The notes beneath the pieces are model-generated. The model did not search any database. It was given only the letters and a program-made list of their open reading frames with translations, and was not told the DNA's origin. The position numbers and the translations under genes are program-made. A DNA stretch of 64,000 bases from Casimicrobiaceae bacterium (GTDB lineage Bacteria > Pseudomonadota > Gammaproteobacteria > Burkholderiales > Casimicrobiaceae), in the NCBI GenBank assembly GCA_035501595.1, contig DATJVX010000061.1:66233-130232 (forward strand). The letters run 5' to 3'. Positions 1 through 8,078 of this stretch are shown one piece after another. Each line of letters begins with the position of its first letter. Positions within the stretch are counted from its first letter, which is position 1.

Positions 1-1322
1 TCCATCTCGCGGCGCAGCTTGAGCGCCGGCAGCGTTTCGTCGAGCGCGACGTCGTCCCAGGCGAGCGTCTGGCCGCTACGGATCGGGCGGGTGAGCCTGG
101 CACCGTGCGCGAGGCCCAGCGGCAACCCGCCGAGCGCGAGCGAGGCCCTCGCCGGCAGGAGCTTCCCCCACACGGTGTAGCCGCCCTCCCCGTCGAGCGT
201 CTCCCCGGCGCGGAGATCGCGCTTCGCGGTGGCGACGACGTCCGCGTTGAAGCACGTCGCCGCGCCCGTCGCCTCGCGTCGCAGGCCGACCGAAGCCACC
301 GAGATCCCGACCTCCAGGCCGATGAGGTGCCAGCGCTTGTACAGGCACGCGTAACGGCCGCTCGGATCGGTGCGCACCATATACTCGCGGAAGCAGTTGC
401 GGATGTACTCGGTGTCGCCCTCGAACACGACGAAGACGCCGAAGCGGATGTCGTACGGGATCGCGCGCCCGTCGCGCTCGAGCGACGAGACGACCTCGAC
501 CTGGCCCTTCGCGTGCAGCACGCCCCCCTCGGCGATCGGCCGGCACACGAAAGGAATGTCGTCGACCGATGCCGCGGGATAAGTGAGCCCGTCGGGCGGT
601 GCGACGAGGCCCGTCGCATTGCAGACCGCGGTGCTCTCGATCGCCGGCTTGGAGCCGTCGAGAAAGGAATTGAACATCTTCGGATTGAGCCCGCCGATGC
701 GGGCCTGCTCGGGCGTCAGCCCGTAGTGGCCCCAGACGGTTTCCGGCGTCGACTGCGCGAAGTGCGGCAGCCACTTGTGCCCGCGGCCCGCGGCAACGAC
801 GCCGAACCCGGCGGCGCGCGCCCAGTCGACGAGGTCGCAGATCAGCGCCGGCTGGTCGCCGTAGGCCAGGCTGTAAACGACGCCAGCCTCGGCGGCGCGG
901 CGCGCGAGCAGTGGCCCACACAGCGCGTCGGCCTCCACCGTGACGTTGACCACGTGCTTGCCCTGGCGGAACGCGCCGAGGCAGTGCTCGACGGCGGCCA
1001 GCGGATGTCCGGTGCACTCGATCACCACTTCGATCTTCGGATGGCGGACGAGCGCCTGCCAGTCGTCCGACACATGGGTCGTTCCGGCCGCGACGGCGGC
1101 GTCGATCGAGGGCGCGGCGCTGCGCTCGGCGGACCAGCCGACCCGGTGCAGGCTGGCGAGCGCGCTCGCCGGCTCGAGATCGGCGATCGCCGCGAGGTGC
1201 ACGCCGCGCGTCTTGGGCACCTGCGCAAGATACATCGCGCCGAACTTGCCCGCGCCGATCAGGCCGACGACGAGCGGCGCGCCCCGCGCGGCCCGCTCCG
1301 CGAGCTTCGCCGACAGGCTCAT
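1..1322 (-). CDS. NAD(P)-binding oxidoreductase, homoserine-dehydrogenase-like with SAF-type C-terminal domain (C-terminus lies beyond the window edge)
   Basis: Absent from the ORF track because it is edge-truncated. Hand translation of the minus strand from ATG 1322-1320 gives MSLSAKLAERAARGAPLVVGLIGAGKFGAMYLAQVPKTRGVHLAAIADLEP... (Rossmann GxGxxG). I met no stop down to base 1. The distal part (ATAKRDLRAGETLDGEGGYTVWGKL) resembles a SAF domain. Listed ORFs 76..1017(-) and 105..1397(+) are shadow frames. Confidence 0.7.
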   Translation of the reverse strand, partial: MSLSAKLAERAARGAPLVVGLIGAGKFGAMYLAQVPKTRGVHLAAIADLEPASALASLHRVGWSAERSAAPSIDAAVAAGTTHVSDDWQALVRHPKIEVVIECTGHPLAAVEHCLGAFRQGKHVVNVTVEADALCGPLLARRAAEAGVVYSLAYGDQPALICDLVDWARAAGFGVVAAGRGHKWLPHFAQSTPETVWGHYGLTPEQARIGGLNPKMFNSFLDGSKPAIESTAVCNATGLVAPPDGLTYPAASVDDIPFVCRPIAEGGVLHAKGQVEVVSSLERDGRAIPYDIRFGVFVVFEGDTEYIRNCFREYMVRTDPSGRYACLYKRWHLIGLEVGISVASVGLRREATGAATCFNADVVATAKRDLRAGETLDGEGGYTVWGKLLPARASLALGGLPLGLAHGARLTRPIRSGQTLAWDDVALDETLPALKLRREM

Positions 1323-1327
1323 TGCCG

Positions 1328-2170
1328 TCAGGCGGTCACCGCGCCCTCGAGCGCGGAGGCCGGCGTGCCGTCGCGCCAGGGCAGCGCCACGGCGTAGTCG
1401 CGCAGCAGACAATCGTCGGGCAGGCATTCGATCGGCGAGAAATCGCGATGCGCGATGAACTCCGGCCGCTTGAAGCGCCGGATGTGATTCGAGACGGCGC
1501 ACAGGCTCAGGTATACGCTCACGCGGTTCCAGGGCGAGAGGTTCGAACTCGACGCGTGCACGAGGCAGGAATGGAACAGGATCATCGATCCCGCCGGGCC
1601 CTTCGGAGCGACGATGCCGCCCCGCTTGACCAGCGCGGCGATGGTCTCGTGGTCGATCGTCCACAGTGGATAGCTCGTCGTCCTGACGTCGTGCCCCGCC
1701 GCGACGACCCCGAGCTTGTGGCTGCCCGGGATGAACATCAGCGGACCGTTGAACTCGTTGACTTCGTCGAGGAAGATCGCGACGTTCATCGCCCGGACGT
1801 CCGGCATGTCGTCGTCGCGCTTCCAGGTGCCGAAATCCTGGTGCCACTGCCAGACGTCGCCGTCGAACGCCATCTTGCCGTTGATCTTGAACTGGTGCAT
1901 GTAGACCGCCTCGCCGAAGATCTGCACGATGGGTTCGACCATGCGCGGATGCCGGGCCAGGCGTGCGAAGGGCTCGCTGTAGAGGTGCGCGGCAAAGTTC
2001 GTGCGCACCGCGTCGCTGCCCTTCTCGCGGATGTTCTCGGGGCGATGCTGCGCGAAGAGGCGCGGCACCTCGTCGGTGAGCACGCGGACCTCGTCGGGCT
2101 TGAACAGCGAAGGAAAGTACAGGTAGCCGTCGCGGTCGAAGCGCTCGACGTCCTGGGAGCTGAGTCGCAT
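1328..2170 (-). CDS. Fe(II)/2-oxoglutarate dioxygenase, PhyH family, ectoine-hydroxylase (EctD)-like
   Basis: C-terminal 280 aa of ORF 1328..2779 starting at MRLSSQDVERFDRDGYLYFPSLF (ATG 2170-2168). Contains WQWHQDFGTWKRDDDMP, which resembles the EctD signature FxWHSDFETWHxEDGMP. Only 5 nt from the downstream oxidoreductase start, so likely an operon. The upstream 200 aa of the listed ORF is Arg/Gly-rich junk. Confidence 0.85.
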   Translation of the reverse strand: MRLSSQDVERFDRDGYLYFPSLFKPDEVRVLTDEVPRLFAQHRPENIREKGSDAVRTNFAAHLYSEPFARLARHPRMVEPIVQIFGEAVYMHQFKINGKMAFDGDVWQWHQDFGTWKRDDDMPDVRAMNVAIFLDEVNEFNGPLMFIPGSHKLGVVAAGHDVRTTSYPLWTIDHETIAALVKRGGIVAPKGPAGSMILFHSCLVHASSSNLSPWNRVSVYLSLCAVSNHIRRFKRPEFIAHRDFSPIECLPDDCLLRDYAVALPWRDGTPASALEGAVTA

Positions 2171-2274
2171 GGGAGCCTCGCTTGGGCGGTGCGCCCCGGC
2201 CGCCCGTTGCGGCCGGGGCGCAGCAGCTGACGAGTGTACTCCGGCGGCGCGCGTCCGCGCGCCCCGGCCGCCCG

Positions 2275-2931
2275 CTAGCGGTAGTACTGCGGGAACTGCT
2301 CCTTCAGCTGGTAGAGCTTCGGCAGATCGTTCATCACGATGTACGGCTGCGTGCGGTGCAGCGCGAGGTAGTTCTGGTGATACGCCTCGGCCGGATAGAA
2401 CGCCGGCAGCGGGACGATCTGCGTGACGATAGGATCGGAGAAGGCCTTCGCCTGGGTGAGCTGCGCGACGTAGGCCTGCGCGACACGCTTTTGCTCGTCG
2501 TTGGAGTAGAAGATCGCCGAGCGGTACTGCGTTCCCCAGTCCGGACCCTGGCGATTGAGTTGCGTCGGATCGTGCGCGACCGAGAAGAACACGCGCAGCA
2601 GCTCGCCATAGGAAACCTGCGCGGGATCGTAGGTGACCTGCACCGACTCCGCGTGCCCCGTCCTGCCCGTGCTGACCGTCTCGTACTCGGCCGTCTTGGC
2701 GTCTCCGCCGGCGTAGCCGGACACCGCACTTGTGACGCCCTTGGTGTGCCGGAACACCGCTTCCACGCCCCAGAAGCAACCGCCGGCGAAGACGGCGGTC
2801 TGCGGAGCCTTCACCGAAGCCGCCGGGATGTCCTGCGCGGGCTCCGGAAGCGGTGACCCGAGCGCCGCCAGCGGCGGGATGGCGGCCGAAAAAGCCAGGG
2901 CGGCGAAGCGCCGGAAAGTAACGCGAGCCAT
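2275..2931 (-). CDS. msrA: peptide-methionine (S)-S-oxide reductase MsrA with N-terminal signal peptide
   Basis: Last 218 aa of the 1228-aa shadow-extended ORF 2275..5961: MARVTFRRFAALAFSAAIPPLAALG... AVFAGGCFWGVEAVF (GCFWG active site), ATG 2931-2929. Confidence 0.93.
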   Translation of the reverse strand: MARVTFRRFAALAFSAAIPPLAALGSPLPEPAQDIPAASVKAPQTAVFAGGCFWGVEAVFRHTKGVTSAVSGYAGGDAKTAEYETVSTGRTGHAESVQVTYDPAQVSYGELLRVFFSVAHDPTQLNRQGPDWGTQYRSAIFYSNDEQKRVAQAYVAQLTQAKAFSDPIVTQIVPLPAFYPAEAYHQNYLALHRTQPYIVMNDLPKLYQLKEQFPQYYR

Positions 2932-3255
2932 GATCGATCTCCTTTGCGCCGCGAAGCGCGGTCCGTGGTCCTTAGTCGAACGGGAGACGCCGTCCTGACG
3001 TTTCGGGTCCCGGGCTGCCGGCGGCGCAGCATAGAGTATATTCCGGCCGCCCAGGTTCCCGTCGGAACGGCCCGCTTGACGCGCTGCAACGCAGCGGGTT
3101 CCCGCGAGTTGGTATGATGCTGTGGCAGGCTTCGGCGCCGCCGTGCCGCCTGCGGCGGCACGATGAACAACAGATTGGGCCCCGGGCGCAGCGCGCGCGT
3201 CGGGATAACGGGCGGTCCATCCGAAACCGCCGGCATTGTCGAAAGGAAAGAAAAC

Positions 3256-3477
3256 ATGGCGAAGAAAGGTTCCGACGGCGTGTATCGCGTCATCGATGTC
3301 ATCGGCACGAGCACGACGTCGTGGGAAGACGCGGCGAGGAATGCCGTGTCGACGGCGAGCAAGTCGCTGCGCGACCTGCGCATAGCGGAGATCTCGAAGC
3401 TCGACATGAAGGTCGAAGGCGGGAAGGCGGTTGCCTTCCGCGCGCGCGTGCAGCTGTCTTTCAAGTACGAGGCCTGA
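3256..3477 (+). CDS. dodecin family flavin-binding protein
   Basis: MAKKGSDGVYRVIDVIGTSTTSWEDAARNAVSTASKSLRDLRIAEISKLDMKVEGGKAVAFRARVQLSFKYEA (73 aa, typical dodecin size). ATG 3256 is preceded by GAAAGGAAAG. The listed ORF start 3163 adds 31 non-conserved residues. Confidence 0.85.
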   Translation: MAKKGSDGVYRVIDVIGTSTTSWEDAARNAVSTASKSLRDLRIAEISKLDMKVEGGKAVAFRARVQLSFKYEA

Positions 3478-3555
3478 CCCGCCCGACCGGCGGCTCCCGA
3501 AACAGCTCGATCGGCGCGTCGCACCGAGGCGATCCGGGCGAGCGCCTTCTCCCGT

Positions 3556-3592
3556 CCGACCGCGGCGTCCCCGATCGGGTCGCCGCGGTCGG
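3556..3592. terminator. GC-rich hairpin between convergent dodecin and beta-propeller genes
   Basis: CCGACCGCGGCG (3556-3567) pairs perfectly with CGCCGCGGTCGG (3581-3592). The inner CCCGATCGGG is itself palindromic. Followed on the plus strand by ATCATTTC (weak T tract). It abuts the stop codon (3594-3596) of the minus-strand gene. Confidence 0.45.
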
Positions 3593-3593
3593 A

Positions 3594-4568
3594 TCATTTC
3601 GCCGGGATCATCACCAGGCGGTCGGTCCCGGACTCCGCAGCCCAGAGCTCGCCGGCGCGCCCGAGCATCTGTCGGACGTTGGCGCCGGTGCGGTTCGATT
3701 GAAAGCTCTCGAACGTCTCCGTCGTCGGATCGAAGCGGACGATGGCATTGGTCGTCCATTCGCTGAGCCAGACCTTGTCCAGACTGTCGACCCAGACCGC
3801 GTAGACGTGCGCGCTGCCGGGCAGCTTCCACTCGCGCCAGGCGTTGCCCGCGGGGTCGTACATGCCGACCTGGCCGGTGTTCCAGTAGCTCACCCAGATG
3901 CGGCCGCGCGAATCGGACCATACCCGCCGCGCGCCTTGCCCCGGTGTGGGCGGTTCGATCACCGTCGCGTTGCCCGACTCCACGTCGATGCGCGCGATGT
4001 GGTTGCCCGCGAGCGAGGCGTAATAGACGTCGCCTGAAGGGGTCGTGGTCATGCCGTACGGACCGCTGCCGCGCGGCGCCGTCCAGACTTTCATGTCCGA
4101 GGTCGCCGGATCGAGCCGGCCGTAGTAGCCGCTCTGTCCGGTAAACCACAAGCGACCCTTCTTGTCGAACGTGGCCGTGTTGAGGTTGGCGTAGGCAGCA
4201 TCGGCCGGCAGCTTCCAGAGCTTCACGGCGCGGGTCTTCGGATCGACGCGAACGATCGCATTCTGGCCTCCGTCGGTGATCCACGGCGCGCCGTCGGGAG
4301 CGACGATGACGCCGTGCGGCGCCGAGCCCGCGCCGAGCGCGATCTCCTCGAGCTTGCCGCTCTTCGGGTCGAGGATGCCGAGCTTGCCGGTCAACTGCGC
4401 CGTGTAATAGACGGGACCGTCCGCACCGGGCGCCGCGGCGACATCGTGCGGATGCGCGCCCTTCGAGACGTCGAAATACGCCGGCGCCGCCTGCGCGAGG
4501 AGCGGCCCCGCGGCCGCCAGCCACGCGAGCAGCCGCAAGAACCGCAATGCGCCATCGAGGTGATTCAT
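3594..4568 (-). CDS. secreted beta-propeller protein of the virginiamycin B lyase (Vgb)-like family
   Basis: 324 aa with signal peptide MNHLDGALRFLRLLAWLAAAGPLLAQA. Repeated ...G.LWFT / IARID / IVRFDP blade-like motifs as in Vgb-like six-bladed propellers. Confidence 0.8.
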   Translation of the reverse strand: MNHLDGALRFLRLLAWLAAAGPLLAQAAPAYFDVSKGAHPHDVAAAPGADGPVYYTAQLTGKLGILDPKSGKLEEIALGAGSAPHGVIVAPDGAPWITDGGQNAIVRVDPKTRAVKLWKLPADAAYANLNTATFDKKGRLWFTGQSGYYGRLDPATSDMKVWTAPRGSGPYGMTTTPSGDVYYASLAGNHIARIDVESGNATVIEPPTPGQGARRVWSDSRGRIWVSYWNTGQVGMYDPAGNAWREWKLPGSAHVYAVWVDSLDKVWLSEWTTNAIVRFDPTTETFESFQSNRTGANVRQMLGRAGELWAAESGTDRLVMIPAK

Positions 4569-4659
4569 GTTCGCCTCCAGCGGGGCGCGAGCGTTCGCCG
4601 CGGCACCCTCCCCTGCATTCTACGGTACGATCGCGGGGCCGCCCTCCCGCTCGCCGACC

Positions 4660-6075
4660 ATGATTCCCAGCCGCACCGCGGCGCTCGAGCGCGCCCTGTG
4701 CTACTTCGACTCCGGCGCGTTCCGCGACGATCTCGCGCGCCGCGTCGCGTACCGCACGGAGAGCCAGGAGCCCGCGCAAGCGCCGAGCCTGCGCGCGTAC
4801 CTGGGCGACGAGGTCGCGCCATCGGCGGCGCGCCTCGGGTTCCACTGCACGATCGTCGAGAACGACGCGCACGGTCCCATGCTGATCGGCGAGCGGCACG
4901 AAGACCCGTCGCTGCCGACGCTGCTCACTTACGGTCATGGCGACGTCGTGCGCGGGTACGACAGGCAGTGGCGCATGCCGCTCGTGCCGTGGTCGCTCAC
5001 GATCGAGGGCGATCGCTGGTACGGCCGTGGCACCGCCGACAACAAGGGGCAGCACAGCATCGTGCTCGGCGCGCTCGCGAGCGCTATCGAAGCCCGCGGC
5101 GGCAGGCTCGGCTACAACGTGAAGCTGCTCGTCGAAACAGGAGAGGAAGTCGGCTCCCCCGGGCTGCACGAGGTCTGTCGACTCCATCGCGACGAGCTTC
5201 GATCCGACGTGCTTATCGCCTCCGACGGCCCGCGGATTTCCGCCGGGCGGCCGACGATCTTCCTGGGCTCCCGCGGCTGCGTGAACTTCCTCCTCTCGCT
5301 GCGACTGCGCGACGGCGCTCATCACTCCGGCAACTGGGGCGGCTTGCTCGCCAACCCGGCGACGATCCTCGCGCACGCGCTGGCCGGCATGATCGGACCG
5401 CGGGGGACGATCGAGGTAGACGGCTTGCGCTCGCCGCCGCTGCCCGATGCGGTGCGGCGAGCGCTCGCCGGCGTCCGCATCGGGGGCGACGAAGGCGACC
5501 CGGACATCGACCGGACCTGGGGCGAGCCCGGGCTCTCTCCGAGCGAGCGCGTGTTCGGCGCCAACACGCTCGAGGTCCTCGCCTTCAAGGCCGGCAATCC
5601 CGACAACCCGGTCAACGCGATCCCGCCGAGCGCCACCGCGCATTGCCAGCTGCGCTTCGTCGTGGGAACCGACTGGCGCAATCTCGCCCGCCATGTGCGG
5701 TTGCATCTCGCGGCGCGCGGTCTCGAGGCGATCGACGTGGAGGTCCTGCAGGCGAGCGCCGCGACTCGCCTCTCGCCCGACGATCCCTGGGTGCGCTTCG
5801 CAGTCGCCTCGCTGGAGCGAACGACCGGCAAGCTCGTCGCCGTTCTGCCCAACCTCGGCGGCACGCTGCCGAACGACGCCTTCGCCGACATCCTCGGCCT
5901 GCCCACGATCTGGATCCCGCACTCGTATCCCGGCTGCTCGCAGCACGCGCCCGGCGAGCACCTGCTGGGCTCAGTCGCCCGCGAGGGACTGCTGATGATG
6001 GCCGGCCTGTTCTGGGACTTCGGCGACGGCGAGGCGGCGCGACTGAGCTCCGGGCGCCCGGGCGGCGCGCGCTAG
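4660..6075 (+). CDS. M20 family metallopeptidase (dipeptidase-like)
   Basis: MIPSRTAALERALCYFDSGAF... TYGHGDVV ... WYGRGTADNKGQ ... ETGEEVGSPG are M20 metal-binding/catalytic motifs. The start is taken at ATG 4660; the listed ORF begins at 4567 with Ala/Pro-rich sequence. Confidence 0.88.
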   Translation: MIPSRTAALERALCYFDSGAFRDDLARRVAYRTESQEPAQAPSLRAYLGDEVAPSAARLGFHCTIVENDAHGPMLIGERHEDPSLPTLLTYGHGDVVRGYDRQWRMPLVPWSLTIEGDRWYGRGTADNKGQHSIVLGALASAIEARGGRLGYNVKLLVETGEEVGSPGLHEVCRLHRDELRSDVLIASDGPRISAGRPTIFLGSRGCVNFLLSLRLRDGAHHSGNWGGLLANPATILAHALAGMIGPRGTIEVDGLRSPPLPDAVRRALAGVRIGGDEGDPDIDRTWGEPGLSPSERVFGANTLEVLAFKAGNPDNPVNAIPPSATAHCQLRFVVGTDWRNLARHVRLHLAARGLEAIDVEVLQASAATRLSPDDPWVRFAVASLERTTGKLVAVLPNLGGTLPNDAFADILGLPTIWIPHSYPGCSQHAPGEHLLGSVAREGLLMMAGLFWDFGDGEAARLSSGRPGGAR

Positions 6076-7019
6076 CCCGTCGCGATCAGCGGCTGGACGA
6101 AGATCCAGTAGACCAGTCCAGCGATGAGCGCGTACTTCACCGTCCGAAACGCGGTGCGGTTCCTGCGCTTGAGGCGCGTGAGCAGATCGCTGCCTTTGCC
6201 GAAGAAGGCGTAGATCCTGTTGAACGTGCCGACCTGCTCGTTCTCGAAATTCTGCGTCGCGGAGCCCCGGATGATGTTGCGCGACACCCAGCGGTTGAAC
6301 GCGGTCATGACGCGCGTGCGCAGCGGGCGCTCGACGTCGGCGAAGAGGATGATGCGCGTGACGCCGGTCCTGTTCTCCGCCGAATGGATGAAGGTTTCGT
6401 CGAACAGCACGTCCTGGCCGTCGCGCCAGGAGTAGGGCTCGCCGTCGACGAAGATCCGGCAATCGTCGGATTCGGGGCAGACCAGCCCCAGGTGGTAGCG
6501 CAGCGATCCCGCGAAGGGGTCACGGTGGCGGTTGAGCTTCCCGCCCGGCGGCAGGAGTGCGAACATCGCGCCGTTGACCTTCGGCAGCGACTCGAGCAGC
6601 GCCACCGTCTTCGGGCACAGCGCCTGCGCCGACGGCAGCGGGTGGCCGTACCAGGTGAGGTAGAAGCGCCTCCAGCCCTCCTTGAAGAAGGAATTGAAGC
6701 CGAGGTCGTTGTGCCCGGTGGCGGCGCGAATGCCGCCTTGCTGCATGAGGCCGAGGGCCTCCTCCCTGATCACCTGCCAGTTCTGGCGCAGCTTCGCGAG
6801 CTCAGGCACGCTGTTCACGTCGATGAAGGGCTTCGGCGGCACCGCTGAGAACAGGTACATAAGCGAGTTGTACGGCGCCATCAGGGTCGAGTGATCCTTG
6901 AGCTGGCGCACGAGCGTGTGCCGCACGCGTCCGCGCAGGTGCACGTACAGCGCCGAGGCGACGAACAGGTACACGACGATGAACTTGGGCGCGAGGAGCG
7001 ACCAGATCACCTGCGGCAA
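6072..7019 (-). CDS. aspartyl/asparaginyl beta-hydroxylase family protein (lipid A hydroxylase LpxO-like)
   Basis: C-terminal part of ORF 6072..7877: ...VIWSLLAPKFIVVYLFVASALYVHLRGRVRHTLVRQLKDHSTLMAPYN... NRHRDPFAGSLRYHLGL. I prefer the TTG start at 7019-7017, 6 nt after AAGGAG and downstream of a perfect TATAAT (7068-7063). The alternative is ATG 7100. Confidence 0.85.
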   Translation of the reverse strand: MPQVIWSLLAPKFIVVYLFVASALYVHLRGRVRHTLVRQLKDHSTLMAPYNSLMYLFSAVPPKPFIDVNSVPELAKLRQNWQVIREEALGLMQQGGIRAATGHNDLGFNSFFKEGWRRFYLTWYGHPLPSAQALCPKTVALLESLPKVNGAMFALLPPGGKLNRHRDPFAGSLRYHLGLVCPESDDCRIFVDGEPYSWRDGQDVLFDETFIHSAENRTGVTRIILFADVERPLRTRVMTAFNRWVSRNIIRGSATQNFENEQVGTFNRIYAFFGKGSDLLTRLKRRNRTAFRTVKYALIAGLVYWIFVQPLIATG

Positions 7020-7062
7020 GCGTGGCTCCTTGACGAGCCGCCAACCGGGCGGCGCAAGCGCA

Positions 7063-7068
7063 ATTATA
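7063..7068 (-). promoter_or_regulatory. putative -10 box (TATAAT) of the LpxO-like gene
   Basis: Plus-strand ATTATA is TATAAT on the minus strand. It lies 44 nt upstream of the TTG/AAGGAG start and downstream of the alternative ATG 7100. No convincing -35. Confidence 0.4.
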
Positions 7069-7218
7069 CTGCGCGGGCCGATGCCTCGAAGGGGCCACAT
7101 CGCGCGACTCGCGGCGGCGCGAGGGGCTCTGCTCGCGGAGAGGACCCCGGTGTAACCTTCCGCCGGGCTTCGGCGCCCGACCAACGACGGCTCAGAGGAT
7201 CCTCCGGAGGCGGCGCAC

Positions 7219-7983
7219 TTGCGAGCACCAATCGTTTCCCTGCTGACTCTGGTCCTGCTGATGGGCGGCTCGGCGCGCGCTTGCGACCCCTCGTCCCGAA
7301 GCATCACCTGAGCGAAGAGTCCCGCTCGCTCGCGATGGTGGGATCGGCTTCCTCGCCGCCCTGTGCGCGCGCTCGTGCTCGGCTTGATGATCGCCTCGGC
7401 GAAAGCGTCCTTCGATACCCGCAACGACGAAGTCCTGCGGGCGACGACGAACATCGTCCTGATCGACCGCAATCTGAGGCAGTACGGACCCGAGGCGACC
7501 GCGGCGCGGGCGCTGCTGCGGAGCCTCGTGGCGTCGCGCCCGGCGTCGCCCAACCCGGCCTCCTGACACGCCCGGGACCCCAGGCCGACGGCGCACCGCG
7601 GCTTACGGCCGATCGCGATCGAGGAGTTCCAGGCGCAGCTGCGCGAGCTCTCGCCCGCCAACGATTCGCAGCGGCTGATCCGAACGCGCGCCCTGCAGCT
7701 CAGCCAGGATCTCGCGCAGACGCGGTGGCTCGCGCTCGAGCAGACCGCGGGGTCGATCCCCACGTCGTTTCTGGTGCTGCTGATCTTCTGGGTGTGGGTC
7801 ATCGCGATCTGCGTCGGCGTTTTCTCGCCGCGCAACCGGATGCTGACGGCGGTCGCGCTCGCCTGCTCTCTGTGCACGGCCAGCGCACTGTTCCTGATCC
7901 TGGAGATGGACAGCCCGTTCGAAGGGCTGATCCAGGTCTCCGATGCTCCCTTGCGCGACGCGATCGGCTATCTCGGACGCTAG
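7219..7983 (+). pseudogene. decayed DUF4239 / bestrophin-like membrane protein gene
   Basis: Family-like sequence is spread over three frames: LRAPIVSLLTLVLLMGG (frame 1), LRPLVPKHHLSEESRSLAMVG (frame 3), GIGFLAALCA (frame 2), ALVLGLMIASAKASFDTRNDEVL...LRSLVAS (frame 1). An in-frame TGA follows at 7564-7566. The same frame then continues without any start codon (IEEFQAQLRELSPANDSQRLIRTRALQLSQDLAQTRWLALEQTAGSIPTSF) into LLIFWVWVIAICVGVFSPRNRMLTAVALACSLCTASALFLILEMDSPFEGLIQVSDAPLRDAIGYLGR. Confidence 0.55.
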
Positions 7984-8078
7984 CCGATTGCCGCGACCGC
8001 CGCGCTCGATCGCCTTGACGAACGCCGGTCCGCCGACGTCTACTTGAGCCCCGCGCCGCGAGGGAGCTTCGAGGCAGC

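Noticed and set aside
76-1397. ORFs 76..1017(-) and 105..1397(+) at the left edge.
   Set aside because: A different minus-strand frame, edge-truncated and so not in the track, encodes a well-formed Rossmann/SAF oxidoreductase. The listed ORFs are Arg-rich shadows.
2932-3255. Searched the 324-nt leader upstream of the flavin-binding dodecin gene for an FMN (RFN) riboswitch. Found only two GC hairpins: 3142-3162 (9-bp stem) and 3211-3231 (6-bp stem).
   Set aside because: I could not recognise the conserved RFN core sequences. The hairpins alone do not support a riboswitch call.
4314-6848. 844-aa plus-strand ORF spanning the beta-propeller, M20 and LpxO-like loci. Similar very long ORFs: 2275..5961 (N-terminal 1000 aa), 17920..19977, 18333..21308, 24769..27624, 32057..33691, 33598..35151, 35622..37157, 43646..45502, 46755..48221, 51388..53832.
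   Set aside because: Their translations are Arg/Pro/Gly/Ala-rich with no recognisable motifs. They lie antisense to, or out of frame with, genes that have clear family signatures. This is the classic shadow-ORF effect in high-GC DNA.
7564-7566. In-frame TGA of the DUF4239-like gene as a possible selenocysteine or programmed read-through codon.
   Set aside because: I saw no SECIS-like hairpin immediately downstream. The gene also carries several frameshifts upstream, so pseudogenisation is the simpler explanation.
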